A stretch of DNA of 63,623 nt, counting the filler. It is 9 parts of 9 records of this genome, joined end to end, with 100 filler letters (N's around TTAATTAATTAA, not from the genome) between each part and the next. Parts side by side here need not be neighbours in the genome. Positions count along the whole stretch, not along the records: positions 44,974 to 55,834 come from SRR15195285_644; positions 55,935 to 59,597 come from SRR15195285_646; 7 more parts are not named here. One strand, written 5' to 3'. Positions within the stretch are counted from its first letter, which is position 1. The number at the start of each line of letters is the position of its first letter. The notes under the pieces were generated by a model that worked only from the letters and a program-made list of their open reading frames with translations, made no database searches and was not told where the DNA came from. Below are positions 45,017 to 57,004 of this stretch, piece after piece. Made by a program: the position numbers and the translations under genes.

Positions 45017-45115
45017 CCCTAGTATGCCCGTACCCGACCGTTACCCCTAGTATGCCCGTACCCGACTGTTAGCCCTAGTATGCCCGGACCGACCGTTACC
45101 CCTAGTATGCCCGGG
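45017..45115 (+). repeat. Minisatellite, about 3.5 copies of 27-28-bp CCCTAGTATGCCCGTACCCGACCGTTAC
   Basis: Units start at 45017, 45045, 45073 and 45100. Confidence 0.92.
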
Positions 45116-45589
45116 TAAACGTGCTAGTGACACCGGGCATAAGGTGCTCACATAGGGGGGCGCCTGCAGCCCAAACCACGGAAGTTCAATGTTTTTAAAA
45201 ATGTCCCGAGGGCCCGGTAAACCGGCGCCCAGGCCGAGCACGACGGTGTGGTGGGCTTTGTAGGACCTATACCCAGCAGTAGTGAGTAGATCTACCGGTA
45301 ATTGCAAGTTGGATCGAGATTCACATCTGCAGCTGAGATCCCGCCACCCCGTGTTCTATAGAGATTAGAGTGTCGCGGTGCGCGCAGCTCCCTCGCTAGG
45401 CTGGAGGCTCTCTTGATCAGCAGCTCAGTAGCCGCTGCACAAGCCGACTCAGCATAGCAGCACAGGCACGACGAGCAGCACTGCGTGGCCGAGCTCGCTC
45501 GCTGGAGCAGTCAGGCCTTCGGATGGGGTACGTATACCGCGCGATGTGCCGAACTACCGATACAGTACACGTGTCATGTCAGCTGCCGC

Positions 45590-47481
45590 ATGACAGACCC
45601 CGCGGCCTCTGGTACTGCACGCAGGTGAGGCTAGGGCGTGCGCGGCTGTGCTGTATAGCGCTGCAAGTGCGCAGGCGTAGGCCAGGCGGGCGTCCTGAGC
45701 GGTTGAGTCTGTGGCGCGCCTGACTCTCATTCAGGGCAACCTGGTTGAGGCCCATGGGCGCGAAGAAGACGAGAGCTGCCGCACAGGATCTGCGCCGTAT
45801 TGCTGCAAACGACCAGTCACTTGTCCACGTACACTGGCGAAACGACGGGCTTGGACCGGAGGTATTTCGCCAGCTAGCTAGCGCGCTGCGTGGCAACACG
45901 TACGTCAAGACTCTAGATTTATCGCTCGTGAACCCAGGAGTGACGGACGAGACGCTGGGGCTACTTGCGGATGCTATCCCGTGTAGCACCATTGAGCTCG
46001 TGGTCTTCTTCTACGAAGAGTTTAAGCAGCAGAATTTGCAGGCTTTCGGCCCGACTTACAGCCTCGAGGCAGCGCATGCTGTCGGTCGAGAAGCTCTGCT
46101 GAACTGGATTGCAAATACAGTTGCGCGAAACGACCCCAGCGTGACTGTAGTGGAATGGGGAGACGCTTGGGATGTAACTGGCGTCGACGATGTGACAGTC
46201 GGTGCGCTGGCGCGGGCGCTCCGATACAACACACACATTCTGACCCTGGATCTAACTAACGAACTGAATCGCATTTCGGGTCGATCTCTAGAGCAGCTGG
46301 AGGCGGCGGTGCGGTTCCCAGACTGTAATGTTCATGATGTGATTGTTCTCTACGAGCATACCGAGGAAGACGTCGAGGCGGCCCAGAAACTACAGTCGAC
46401 ATGTATGGACAAATTTTTGTCACGTATCGCCGCAGATCACCCATCAGTGACAAGCGTGAAATGGTTCACCCGAGCGGATGATACGCTAGTCGGCAGACTA
46501 GCTGACGCACTGCATGGTAACAGCCATGTGGAGTCTATCGACATCAGGTGGTCCGACGTCACCGACGTCGGCCTTACCTGCTTGGCAAAAGCTTTGCCGC
46601 AATGCGCAGCATTTCAAGTCAGCCTGGGCTTGCAAGACGACGATGCACCTGCGACGTGGAGCAAGGAATGCATAGAAGCGGTGTTTGCTGCATGTCTGCC
46701 TCAATTGACTGTGCGCGTTCAGAATGACGATCCAAAACTTGTGGATATTGACTGGAGATTTTATCAGGGAGCGGTCAATACAGATTCTGTTGCGCAGCTA
46801 GCAGCAGCCCTCCGCACCAATACGCACGTGCGAAGAATTAACTTAAGTGACAGCCCGGCGCTGACAAACGAAGACTGTGCATTGTTGGAGGACGTAGTGT
46901 GCGGAGAGATGACTGCCGTAGGTGAAGTTTATCTGAAGGAAATTGATCGTTCGGGGAGGATCGATGAAAGCGTGGCAAACGAATCCCAGCTCACAATGAC
47001 GATGGTTGGGTGCGATGGGCTGCGTAGAAACTATGTTAGCGGACCATTCTCATCGACGTATCAGTGCAATGAGTCAATGCTGGAGGGATGTCAGCGCAAC
47101 ATCGCTGCAGATTTCTCCCGCTCAGTTTACCGGCCGTTGCAGCGGCTGTTGTTGGCATGTTTGGGCCAGTGGGTCTCGCATGATCTTCTGGATGAGATTG
47201 CTGTACGTTTAGCAGCCTCACGAGTCTGCCCGTGTGATTCCGTTGGGAACTCCACGCTCCCTCTTTCGACGGATGGCTTGGTGAACCACAATGGATCTCA
47301 CAACCTTTTCTCTCACTACTACGGCGACACCGAAACCGCCGAGTATGTGGCTGCGGATGCAGAAATGCTAGCCGCGGCAATGCAAGACTTCACCTGGCAC
47401 CAGGTGGATATTATAGCTTTTTCTGGCGACGACGATGTCTCTACACATGCCAAGCGACAACGGCTATTCTGCGAAAACTGA
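45590..47481 (+). CDS. RNI-like/tropomodulin-like leucine-rich repeat protein with four internal modules; exons 45590..45624, 45735..47481
   Basis: Four copies of approximately RIAxNDPSxxxVxW...LAxALRxNTHVxxLDL; intron GTGAGG...CCTGAC...TCAG. Confidence 0.8.
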
Positions 47482-47523
47482 TCAACGATCTGACATGGCC
47501 AACTATATCCACAGGAATAACTC

Positions 47524-47625
47524 TCAAGATTGTTTTTGCGTGCCGTCGCTCTCCAGTGTGTGGAATTCGCCGCCAGTAAAGTCCACAGCAGGATCGCTTA
47601 GCACAATGTCCACCGTTGCAAGGAA
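47524..47625 (-). pseudogene. Possible relic of a 2OG-Fe(II) oxygenase gene
   Basis: TVDIVLSDPAVDFTGGEFHTLESDG followed by a stop; no HxD or distal His/Arg strands found nearby. Confidence 0.4.
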
Positions 47626-47863
47626 GTTAAGGAAAGAATGCTGGTGTACTTGAATGCTGTGGCACCGGGCATAGGGTGCACACGAGCCAATAGCTACAGC
47701 AGCCTGTCGTGCAAGCTGAACAAGTGTGAAAATTGAGGTAGCGACGAAAGCTATCATGCGTACGCCACACGGTCCATTGCTGGAAGTGCGTTAGATTCAT
47801 AAACACCAATTGTTTGTATTGTTTACAACTACATCACACCAAAACAGGCTTCGCTTACTGTTC

Positions 47864-47897
47864 TGATACGGGGCATAAGACCTTATGCCCCGTATCA
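47864..47897. repeat. Palindrome, 16-bp arms TGATACGGGGCATAAG with 2-nt spacer
   Basis: Perfect inverted repeat; variant of the 38657 element. Confidence 0.95.
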
Positions 47898-47938
47898 TTC
47901 GACGCAAGCCGTCGTCCGATTCCACCAAGGTCGCAAGG

Positions 47939-49471
47939 TCACAGCTTAGGCCCTTCGGCACGGCACGCGTCTTGCAACGCGATGCGAAACGCCTCGACGA
48001 CCGAGGCGTTGTCAGAGCGTAATAGGGATGGGTTAATCGTCAGCGGGAACTGTGGCCACTGCTGCTGGTCCCCAGCCGACGGTTCTTGGCCGTAGCTCGC
48101 CGTCCCTGGACAGTGCGTTGGCGCGCAAGTCGGCCGCGAGGCGAATGTTTTACGAAGAAATGACGGCTGATGGCAATGACGGCCACGTACCAGTCGAAAC
48201 GCGAATGTTCGAACGTTTCAGAGACTTCGTGAACCGTACCCTCCCTGCCTCCGTTGCAGCAGCTTGATCTGTCACACGAAAGGTGAAGATATTGGAGCAT
48301 TTCGTCATGGGCACGATGAGAGCCAACCCATCCAGCGTGTCAAGCTTCGGAATCAGAGCCTTTGCCATGTCCATCGCCGCTGCTGACTCACGCTGCAGCA
48401 CGCGAAGCATCGGTGTGTGCTCAAATAATTGAATGTTCACACCCATGTGCATGCCTGTTATGTTAGCTAATCAAGCTAAGTCGGTCAGCGTGGACAGCAA
48501 TCGAAACAACGCACCGGGAAGGACTTCATGCCTTCGAGAGCCATAGCGGCAGCCAGGGCGGCGTTGGTGCAGGCACCCCCCAGCATCCTTCGCTCGTGGA
48601 AAAGGGGCTTGACCAGCGCTGCCGGTCCTAACAGGAGTGCGCCCCATGGTGCACCGAAGTACCTGTCCAGATTGTCACTGTGTGACACGTCGTTCCTAGC
48701 ACTGTGCGCATGTCGGTACGAACTGTTGGCTCTGGTGAACATCTCGTTCACAGATCTATCAGAGTGCTTTCAGCTTCCTAGCCTAGACGTTTGAGAGAGA
48801 AGGTACGCTCTTAACCTGGCGGGTGCCAGCATGGCTTACTTGTGACAATCCAAGTACACCGTGTCGAAAAGGCTGGCATACTCCTTCACATCGATGCCCG
48901 TGCTGTTCGCCATCATGTGCAGCCGTGCCCCGTCGAGGTGGCAGCCAACACCAGCGGCCCTGGCCACATCCGTGATCTTCTTCATCTCCTCCAGGCTCAC
49001 GATCTCACCCTGGCGCCGGCGCACGGGGCTCTCGACAACCAGTGCACCCACGGCCGACTTCACGCGCCCACCAACTCGTCCGTCTTCAATAGCAGTGCGT
49101 GCATCTGCCGCAGTGTAGCACGGCTTGCCAGCACCGAGTGGCACCGGAGTCAGCGACAGGAGCCGCGACACGCCGTCCCCTGTGTCGTGGTAGATGTGGG
49201 ACTCCTGCGGCAGGATGACGCGCGGCGCGGAGTGATCGCAGTGCGCGAAGATGCCCAGCAGGTTGGCCATCGTGCCAGTAGGCGTCCACAATCCGGCCTC
49301 TTTGCCCAGCATGGACGCTGCCGCGTTCTCCAGCGCCGCCACCGAGCCACCGATCGAGTACGCGTCCGATTCGATGGAGCCGGCGGCGGCGAGTGCGGTG
49401 ATCTGGGCTCCGATTTCTGCCGCAGACAGGCTGACGCCGTCCCCACTGAAGACCACTTCAGTGGTGCTCAT
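47939..49471 (-). CDS. Low-specificity L-threonine aldolase-like PLP enzyme (beta-eliminating lyase family), 382 aa; exons 49471..48840, 48662..48515, 48392..48191, 48105..47939
   Basis: LGKEAGLWTPTGTMAN, ESHIYHD, HLDGARL, spliced PLP-Lys motif YLDCHKYFGAPWGA; ends in PKL. Confidence 0.88.
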
Positions 49472-50055
49472 GGTCGATCGTGATCGACGCACGTGGACTG
49501 TCCGCTGTCTGGGCGTCGAGAGAGAGACAGAGAGCGAACTCGCGGCTCCTCCGCTCAGGCTGTCCAATGTCCTCAGTCGCTAGCGAGTTGCACACCGTAA
49601 CACGATGTACCGCGGCGTACAGCCGTCCTCGAGCGGTACACGCGCGGTAGCTGATTTGTGACCGCTCTAGCTGGATGATGTGTGCACGCAAGAACGCAAA
49701 TCGAACTCGATCACTCGCGTGCACGTGCGCCGGCCGCGCGTGCGCGCGCGCGTGAAGGACATGCTCATATTCGACATATTCGAATATACCAATTTCAGTT
49801 GTCATTACAAATATACGACATATACAAATTACAGTTGTTATACCGGTATGTCATAGAAATCTGAGGAATTGACTATTGAGGCTAAATTGAGGGATGAGCA
49901 CGCGCATACAGCTGTATGCGGCTGCGTGGCGCGCGCGCCGCGCGCGCGTGGCGGCTCGCGCGGCCGGCGGCGCGCCTCGTCACAACAAGGAACCTGCTGG
50001 CCGGCCCTCCGAGGAGCTCCGTCCTCCTCCTCCTGCCGTCGTCTGTCTGCCAAGG

Positions 50056-53000
50056 ATGGACGGCGGCGCTGCTGCGCGCTTGGAGTCGTACGCGGCCGAC
50101 CGCGCCGCCCTCCTGCAATACGTGCTCGAGAGCCCGATGGTTGTCGACCGTGTCTTGTGGCCCAGCGCCGACCGGAACGCGGTGGATGCCGTGCAGATTT
50201 TGGGGCACCCGATCGACTTGGACAAGGTGGACGTGCACGATGTGTACCTGCTCCTTTGCAAAGGTTTGCTGTTTTCTTGCCAGGTGTCTTGCAGTCTGAT
50301 GATCAAGAGAGACTTTTTGTGGTCGGAGCAGGCTGCGCTGCATCCGGGAGGAGGACTCCATCATCGACCTGAGCGATGCGGTGGCGCGGGATGGCCCTCG
50401 CGAGAGGCTCAGGAGGTGGCTGCCACGCCTGTGTGCAGTGCGTGAGTTTGTCCCCGCCACCACGGAGGGCGAGGTGACAACAATGGCGTACGAGCTCCTG
50501 CTGAGCTGCACGGTGCTCAAAGGGAGCACCCCGCTACGTCCAGGAGACGAAGGGCTGATGGAGGACTACGTCCGCGTGGCGTGCAACTTTAAGATGCGGC
50601 GACACCGCGAAATACTGGGTCAGCTGCAGATTCTTGGTGCCGACGAACAAGCTGCCGCCAGCCTCGGCGACCTATCGGTAGATGTTCAGCCACTACTCTA
50701 CCGCTGGCTACTGCTGCGCAACACACGCCCGACGCGGGAGACGCATGACGTGTATCAGGGCTGGTGCCGGCGCCAACTCTTTTTCCTGCTGGTATCCTTG
50801 CTGTTGCACCTGCGAGCCGACCCAGACCGCCGGTGGCGTTTGCACGGCTTTCACTACGAGCTATCAGCTGACGAAGTTGAGGAGCATCTCACCGCGGCTT
50901 GCCAGCGCCCGCTCCGGGAGCTCTGCGGCATCGATACTGAGAACTTCTACAGCACGGAGAGGTACGATGTTGCCATGTCTGACCTAGCTCCACATATGGA
51001 CGCAGTCTTCGAACAGCTGGGGCAGAGTCGCCGCGGGCACATCGGGCTGCCAGTGGCCGCGCCTTTCTCGCTGATGCTGTACGAGGTACTGCTGAGAGTT
51101 GTCTTCGTGAGCGACGATCTAGCAGAAGATGGTGACGGTGGCAAACACCCAGAATCCGACGCGCTGATGGGCCTGTACCGTCGCTGCTGCTGGACTGCAC
51201 TCGGGGTACGGAACTTCGAGCACGGCCTAGCAATGGCAGCGGTGGGGTACGGTCGATTGATCACGCGCGGAGCATGTCAAATGGAGCAAACAGAGACAGA
51301 GAGCTACACCGGTGGCGCACGGCTAGGGTTGCTGCGGTCACTAACAGTTGAGCTCGAGGCCCTGGAGGTGCCAAACCTCCTGATACGACTCGAGAAAGAT
51401 GGGCCGACAGGTATCCGATGGCAAAATTCCACCAGTGGAGAGTCAGGGAAGTGGTTGGTCGATCATGTGTCTGAAGGTAGCCCAGTAGATTTACAACTGC
51501 GTGAGATCGGTATCGGGGGGCGAGGTCTGACGCTTCTGCAAGTGAACGGCGAGGCCGTGGCGAGCAAATCGAGAGACGAGGTGCTGCAGGATATCAGCGC
51601 CGACGGTCGCAGCGAGCGCACACCTCTCGAGCTTGGGTTTAAGCCGCCGTCTATCCTTCGCTCCGGCGAGCTCAGCGGGTCAGGACGAGGAATGATCTGT
51701 GGGATACCAATATCGCTGCCCTGTACCGGTGCAGACCCAGCGGCCGCGCGCGCTCTGGCTTCAGAACTACTAAGACCGTTGGATGACACATGCAGAGAGG
51801 AGCTATCTCACTGCTGCGTATCATTCGACATCGAGGCAGAAGAGGCATCAATAGGGGAAAGCCAGGCAGCAGTTCAGGCTATGGCAGCGCTAGTTGCATC
51901 GGCGTCACGACTACGTTGTGAAGATTCCCAGGAAGCTGAGGGTCGCGCTGCAGAAATGCTCGGCGCGTCGCTGCGCGAGTACTGTGCTAGTGTCGTGGAC
52001 ATGTCATATTTGGAGGATGGTGACCCGGATACCGTTACACAGCTGGCAAACAGGCTGCAGATATTTGTAGCATCGGGTGGTTTTGCAGCGTGTGCAAATG
52101 CTTGTCTTCCGACAGCTCAGCATTGCATGTCAAATCGAACGGGCAGAGGAGTGCAGGAGGCGTACTTCAATCTAGGGCTCCTGCTTCGGCAGTGGATCGA
52201 CGCCACTCTTCTCGACTCTGCCGCTGAGGAGAGTGATGGCGGAGTCATCGCCTCATCGAGCCTTGGCATGATCAAGTCCCTCCTGCTGCTCGAAGAGGCG
52301 CTTGCGCAGGTGTGGAAGCTGGAGGTTTCTGACACAGATCGATTACCGCCCGCTTTCAATGGCAGGACGATCACTGAGCTTTTTGAAACACGCATTGCGC
52401 GTTGGGTTGATGGTCGCATCGGAGACTGGGAGAAACACCTACAAAGGCTCTTGCAGATCGAGACGTGGGAACGAGCGGGCGTGATGCCTCACAGTCAGTC
52501 TGTGAATGACTTAATGGAAATGCTAAGTGCGCCCATGCGAATGTTTGAAGGCTCAGGGTTGAGTGGCGCCGCGTCTGAGGAGCACCGTGGCAGGTTTGTG
52601 CAGGCTCTGGCTGAGATGGTGCAGTCCTACGTGCAGCGAGTCGCCACTGGATGCGACTCTGATGGAGTCGGTGGCTTGCGAATGCCGACGCTGCCGCAAG
52701 CCAATCTGCCGCTAAATGAGCACCTCACGCGGCGGAGTGCTACAAAACAGCACGCAGAGGCTCGGTTAGGTCAGCAAGACTTTTCAACTGCCGAAGAGGC
52801 AGCAGCGAGTAGTCTAAGAGATGCTACGTTTGCATCACTGGCGATGCGGGTCAATACACTGGATATCCTGGGCAAGGCGGTCAAACAAGTCTTGTTGAAG
52901 TTTTTCAAAAACTACAGTAGTGCTGAGCTCGGCGATGCGGTCACGAGCAGCATCACGCAGGCAATTTCAGGCTTATCAGCGTTTATTGGAGCTAAGGCCA

Positions 53001-53969
53001 TCTGGCTTGACCAGCCGTTTCTACTGCAAGGCCTTTACCGCACCAGTAGTGAGGCGATTGACATATGCAATAAAGATATCGAGGCGCGTGGCGGCAAGAA
53101 GAAGGTCGACAATGACTTGGAGATTACCTGCATCCCGCCTGAGTCCGTCCTTTCTGTTGGAAGACCAGACGTGCTCGACAGCATTGATGCCCAGCTGAAT
53201 GAGCTCGAGGAGCTGGTGGTGCCGGGTCTGCGGTCGGTGGTGACAGCAGCTGTCTTCACGAAGTTTTTACAAGTCTACTCGCACGTCCTGATCAATTTTG
53301 ACTACGAGCGCATCTTTGCAGCTGTTGACGACACAGAGATCTTCACGAAAGACTTGGTGCGCTGCGAAGTCCTGCTATGACTTTTTGGTTTGTTTCAAGT
53401 CTGCCTGTTTGGATCAGCAGCCCAGTTCGCCTCTGTTACTTTGAATTGCGCACCTAATGTTGGTCTGACCAACCCCGAATATTGCCGGCACGCACCGACG
53501 GACGTAACAGGATTGCGTCAAAGAGCTGTTCACCTCGCCTGGAAATGGGAACCAAAGGCTCACGGAATCACAGCTCGATAATGTAGATGAGGTCGTTGGT
53601 TTCACGTACACAAGGGTCAAGGATCTGCTTAACTACGGGACGTTTGGGACAGACGACCTCATTGAACAGATTCGAAGTATCGAACCTGGTCAGGTCGCTC
53701 TGTCTGAATCTAACTCGGTTACACGCTTGGACCTCGCGGCGCTCGTCACCAAGAGGTGAGGAACCTGTGACATTCTGTGTCTACTCACGCAGCTCATGTC
53801 GCACATTTACCCACATGAAATTGCTCGCCGTCGCATGCTCACGTCTGCTCGTGGTGGAATGTGATTGTGGTTGGCAAACTGTACTTGCAGGCGCAACAAA
53901 GGAGCTAAAGATTTTGTAAAAAGCGAGCTTGCGGCGATCTTTCGAATAGAAGATGGCTGCGCGGCGTAG
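50056..53969 (+). CDS. PATROL1/Munc13-like (DUF810, MHD1-MHD2) protein with inserted PDZ-like domain, 1178 aa; exons 50056..50243, 50332..53356, 53511..53755, 53891..53969
   Basis: DRAALLQYVL..IDLDKVDVHDV|LRCIRE..LSDAV; AYELLL; LYEVLL; RLLQIETWE..HSQSVNDL; RVNTL; FIGAKAIWLD..LYR; spliced tail KELF..TDDLI..KRRNKGAKDFVK. These follow plant PATROL1 motifs in order (recalled by eye, not aligned). Confidence 0.8.
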
Positions 53970-54214
53970 AAGCACACAGACACTTGAACACTGGTATTCT
54001 CTCCACTTTGCAAAATTACTTCAGTTATTCTTCCGCGTGAACCTAACGCAGGGCGTACAGGTCTTCGGTCATTGTTGCCATCTCTTCTTTTCAGGCCCGT
54101 TCGGGTAGTTGTGCAAAAATCAGCTGATTTCACTGATTTGCCGTCCACTGTCCTGAGTATACTTTGTTGGTACCGTCGTCATGCGCTCTCGGAGCTTACT
54201 ATCTGTACCAAGGA

Positions 54215-55611
54215 TCAATGCCAGATTGAAAACCCACCATCCACTGGCAGTGTGATTCCCGTAACGTAGTCGGATGCAGGCGCTGCCAGAAAGAGCGCCG
54301 CGCCACCCAAGTCTTTTCCATCCCGGCCCATATGTCCGAGGGGTACTTTCGCTGAGAAGTCTCGAATAAAAGCTGGTGGTGGTCCTGCCCGCCCAGGTCC
54401 CGGCTCTTGCTTGCCTTCGATGCCACCATTTGGAGATATACAATCACCAGCAAAGCCGCCAGGGGCAATCATGTTCACACGGACGCCACGTGGCCCAAGA
54501 TGTCCGGCGAGGTCAAGAGTCAGACCAGTCACCCCAGACTTGGCCACAGCGTAGTCGATCGGTTGGCGCTGCATGGAATTGTCGTCATACATGCGGTCGT
54601 CGCGCCCCACCATGCCCGCGATGCTCCCCTGCGTTTAGCACAAAACAGCCGTTCACAGACCGAAGTTGCAATTGTAGCCATCCACTACATCTCCAGTCGA
54701 TGGATTTGGAACTGTTCAAACCTCAGCAACTCCGCACTGCAACGCAGGCTGACTCACGATATTGATGATTTTCCCGTAACCACGGTCGGCCATGTGTTTT
54801 CCAAAGACCTTGCTGCCACAGCCGAAGAGCCCAGGCCCGCACAACAAGACCACACCACATTTGAGAGTCAGCAGTGGCAGTGCAGGTATTCTACCGCAGT
54901 TCTGCGTTTGGTCGCGTGCATGGACGCACCAACACCAAAATGATCCCATGAGGTTGGCCTGAATTAGCGCCTCGACAGCGACGTTCGAGCGATCAAAGAT
55001 GCCGCCGACATTGGCACCGGGCCCCGACCCCCCACCAGCGTTGTTGACCAGAATATCGATGTGCCCCATGGCTACGACCGCGTCATCAAATGCTTTTTCT
55101 ACGCTGGCAAACTCGCTCACATCCAGAGCCAGCCCCTTGACTTTGACGTTGTATTCCTCAACGAGGGCAGCTGCAGATGCCTCAGCGCCAGCAAGCGCCC
55201 TGGAGGTGATCACAAGGTCGCAGCCAGCGCTTGCAAGCGAGCGGGCGATCTCGAGCCCGAAGTGCCTGCAAGCGCACGTGGGTGGCATCGATTGACACCA
55301 CGCAACACAGACACATACCTCGATGCAGATTGACAGGACAAATCCACGGCATACGTGTAGTGTACGTCTGGGCGAAGCTGTCTACTGCTTATTTTCAAAG
55401 ATGGATAGAATGGCACGTGCTTTGCAGCAGTAGAGCGACTGAACCTCGCAGAAGCGTACCGTGCCCCGCCAGTGATGAATGCGACACGACCGTCCAGCCG
55501 AAACGCCGCCATGCCGAGGTGCTCCGACGATGACTCTAATGGCGCTGGAGCCCCTGTGGAACACACCTGCTGTATGTGCCGCCCCACTGCAGCAAGCCGA
55601 TTCTGGGCCAT
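54215..55611 (-). CDS. Classical short-chain dehydrogenase/reductase; exons 55611..55460, 55265..54930, 54812..54758, 54628..54215
   Basis: ITGGAR|HFG, DILVNNAG, GKIINI|GS, YAVAK catalytic motif, VRVNMIAPGG, YVTGITLPVDGG. Confidence 0.92.
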
Positions 55612-55834
55612 CGATATCCGAGAGACACGCACAGCACAGTGTCCGCGCGTGCGCCGATGCCGGCGCCGGTATGCGTACGACGTGCACGAGCTCCGCACAT
55701 ACCCGGTACTATCAATAATGCAGATCTAGATTCAAGATAGACCCGCCATCAGTGCAGGCTCAGCAGCTTTGCAGGGCGCGCGGCGCCCCAGCCAGCCAGC
55801 CGATCCGGCCTACGAATGCATGTGCCCAGGTTGA

Positions 55835-55934
55835 NNNNNNNNNNNNNNNNNNNNNNNNNNNNNNNNNNNNNNNNNNNNTTAATTAATTAANNNNNNNNNN
55901 NNNNNNNNNNNNNNNNNNNNNNNNNNNNNNNNNN
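55835..55934. other. Artificial contig linker 7
   Basis: N44-TTAATTAATTAA-N44. Confidence 0.98.
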
Positions 55935-56314
55935 ATGCAATCGAATTCAGAATTCCGAAATCAGCCAGCAAACCGGGGAAGTGCGGGGACCATAAGATGC
56001 ATCATGGGTTCATGCCCATCATCTGAGACGATCACGCGGCCCGGGTGCGGCGGGTGGCCGGAGGCGCACGAACCTCGAACGTCGAACGACACCACGGCCC
56101 CGCTGGCGAGCTCGACGCTGCCCGCGGCGGGACACGGAGGGCTGGCTGGCTGGCTTCACGCTGGAAGTCAAGCACCGGGTGCTAACGAGGGGGCTGGTGG
56201 GCGGGCACTGTGTCGGAAGGGAGTGTGGCACGGCGGCACGCACGGCAAGTGGCGGGCAGCAGGACAGGGGCAGCGCGGGCTGCGGGGAAGCTCGACGCTC
56301 AGAGAGCTCTGGAG

Positions 56315-57004
56315 ATGAGCTTGGGCGCTGCGATTGTGGCGCGCGTGCGGTCGATGCCAGCGTCACGCAGTACGTCGACGCTGCTGGGTGGGCTGCGGCG
56401 CGTGCCGTGGGCGACGTCGGCTTCCGCCCAGCCAGCTGCGGCGGCGGCGGCGCGCTGCGGGGAGCAGAAGCCGCTGGGTGTGATGGCGCACGTGCGGACG
56501 GTTAGTAGCTGGGGGCCGGGCCCCTCGTGGGCGGCATACGAGGGGAAGGCGTCTATCGCTCCGCTGGCGACAGCGCCCGCCAGAGCGTTCGCGACAAAGA
56601 AGGGTGGCAAAAAGAAGATGACGTTCAAGCTGGCCAAGAAACTGCTGAAAATACGGCCCGACGCCGTGCCGTTCAAGAAGCGGCAGAAGCGGGCGATCCT
56701 GATGAACTACGCACAGTACACCATCAACTATCCGTTCGAGTCCCACTGGTCCAAGTTTGTGCCGCACCGACTGGCGGCTGCCAGCGGCGCCCTCGATAAT
56801 GTCTTCCGTGATCGGTTTGGTGTGGACGTTGCAGAAACTGGCGAGATTCAGCAGAACGAGGACACGACGCCACTAGAGTTGCCGGAGCCAGGTGTGGCGG
56901 AGCTTGCGGACGCGTATCACAGCTCGGCTGGCGATTCTGATGCTCTGCTCAAGCTAATGCAAGCAGGGCACGCCTCACAGTCTCAGAATCCGCCTTCGCC
57001 GTAA
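56315..57004 (+). CDS. Hypothetical protein with mitochondrial-type presequence and Lys/Arg-rich core
   Basis: ATG 56315; Arg/Ser/Ala-rich N-terminus ending ARAFAT, then KKGGKKKMTFKLAKKLLK; GC3-rich codons. Confidence 0.65.
   Translation: MSLGAAIVARVRSMPASRSTSTLLGGLRRVPWATSASAQPAAAAAARCGEQKPLGVMAHVRTVSSWGPGPSWAAYEGKASIAPLATAPARAFATKKGGKKKMTFKLAKKLLKIRPDAVPFKKRQKRAILMNYAQYTINYPFESHWSKFVPHRLAAASGALDNVFRDRFGVDVAETGEIQQNEDTTPLELPEPGVAELADAYHSSAGDSDALLKLMQAGHASQSQNPPSP

Noticed and set aside
45017-45115. CRISPR array
   Set aside because: Units are head-to-tail with no unique spacers, no cas genes are present, and the context is eukaryotic.
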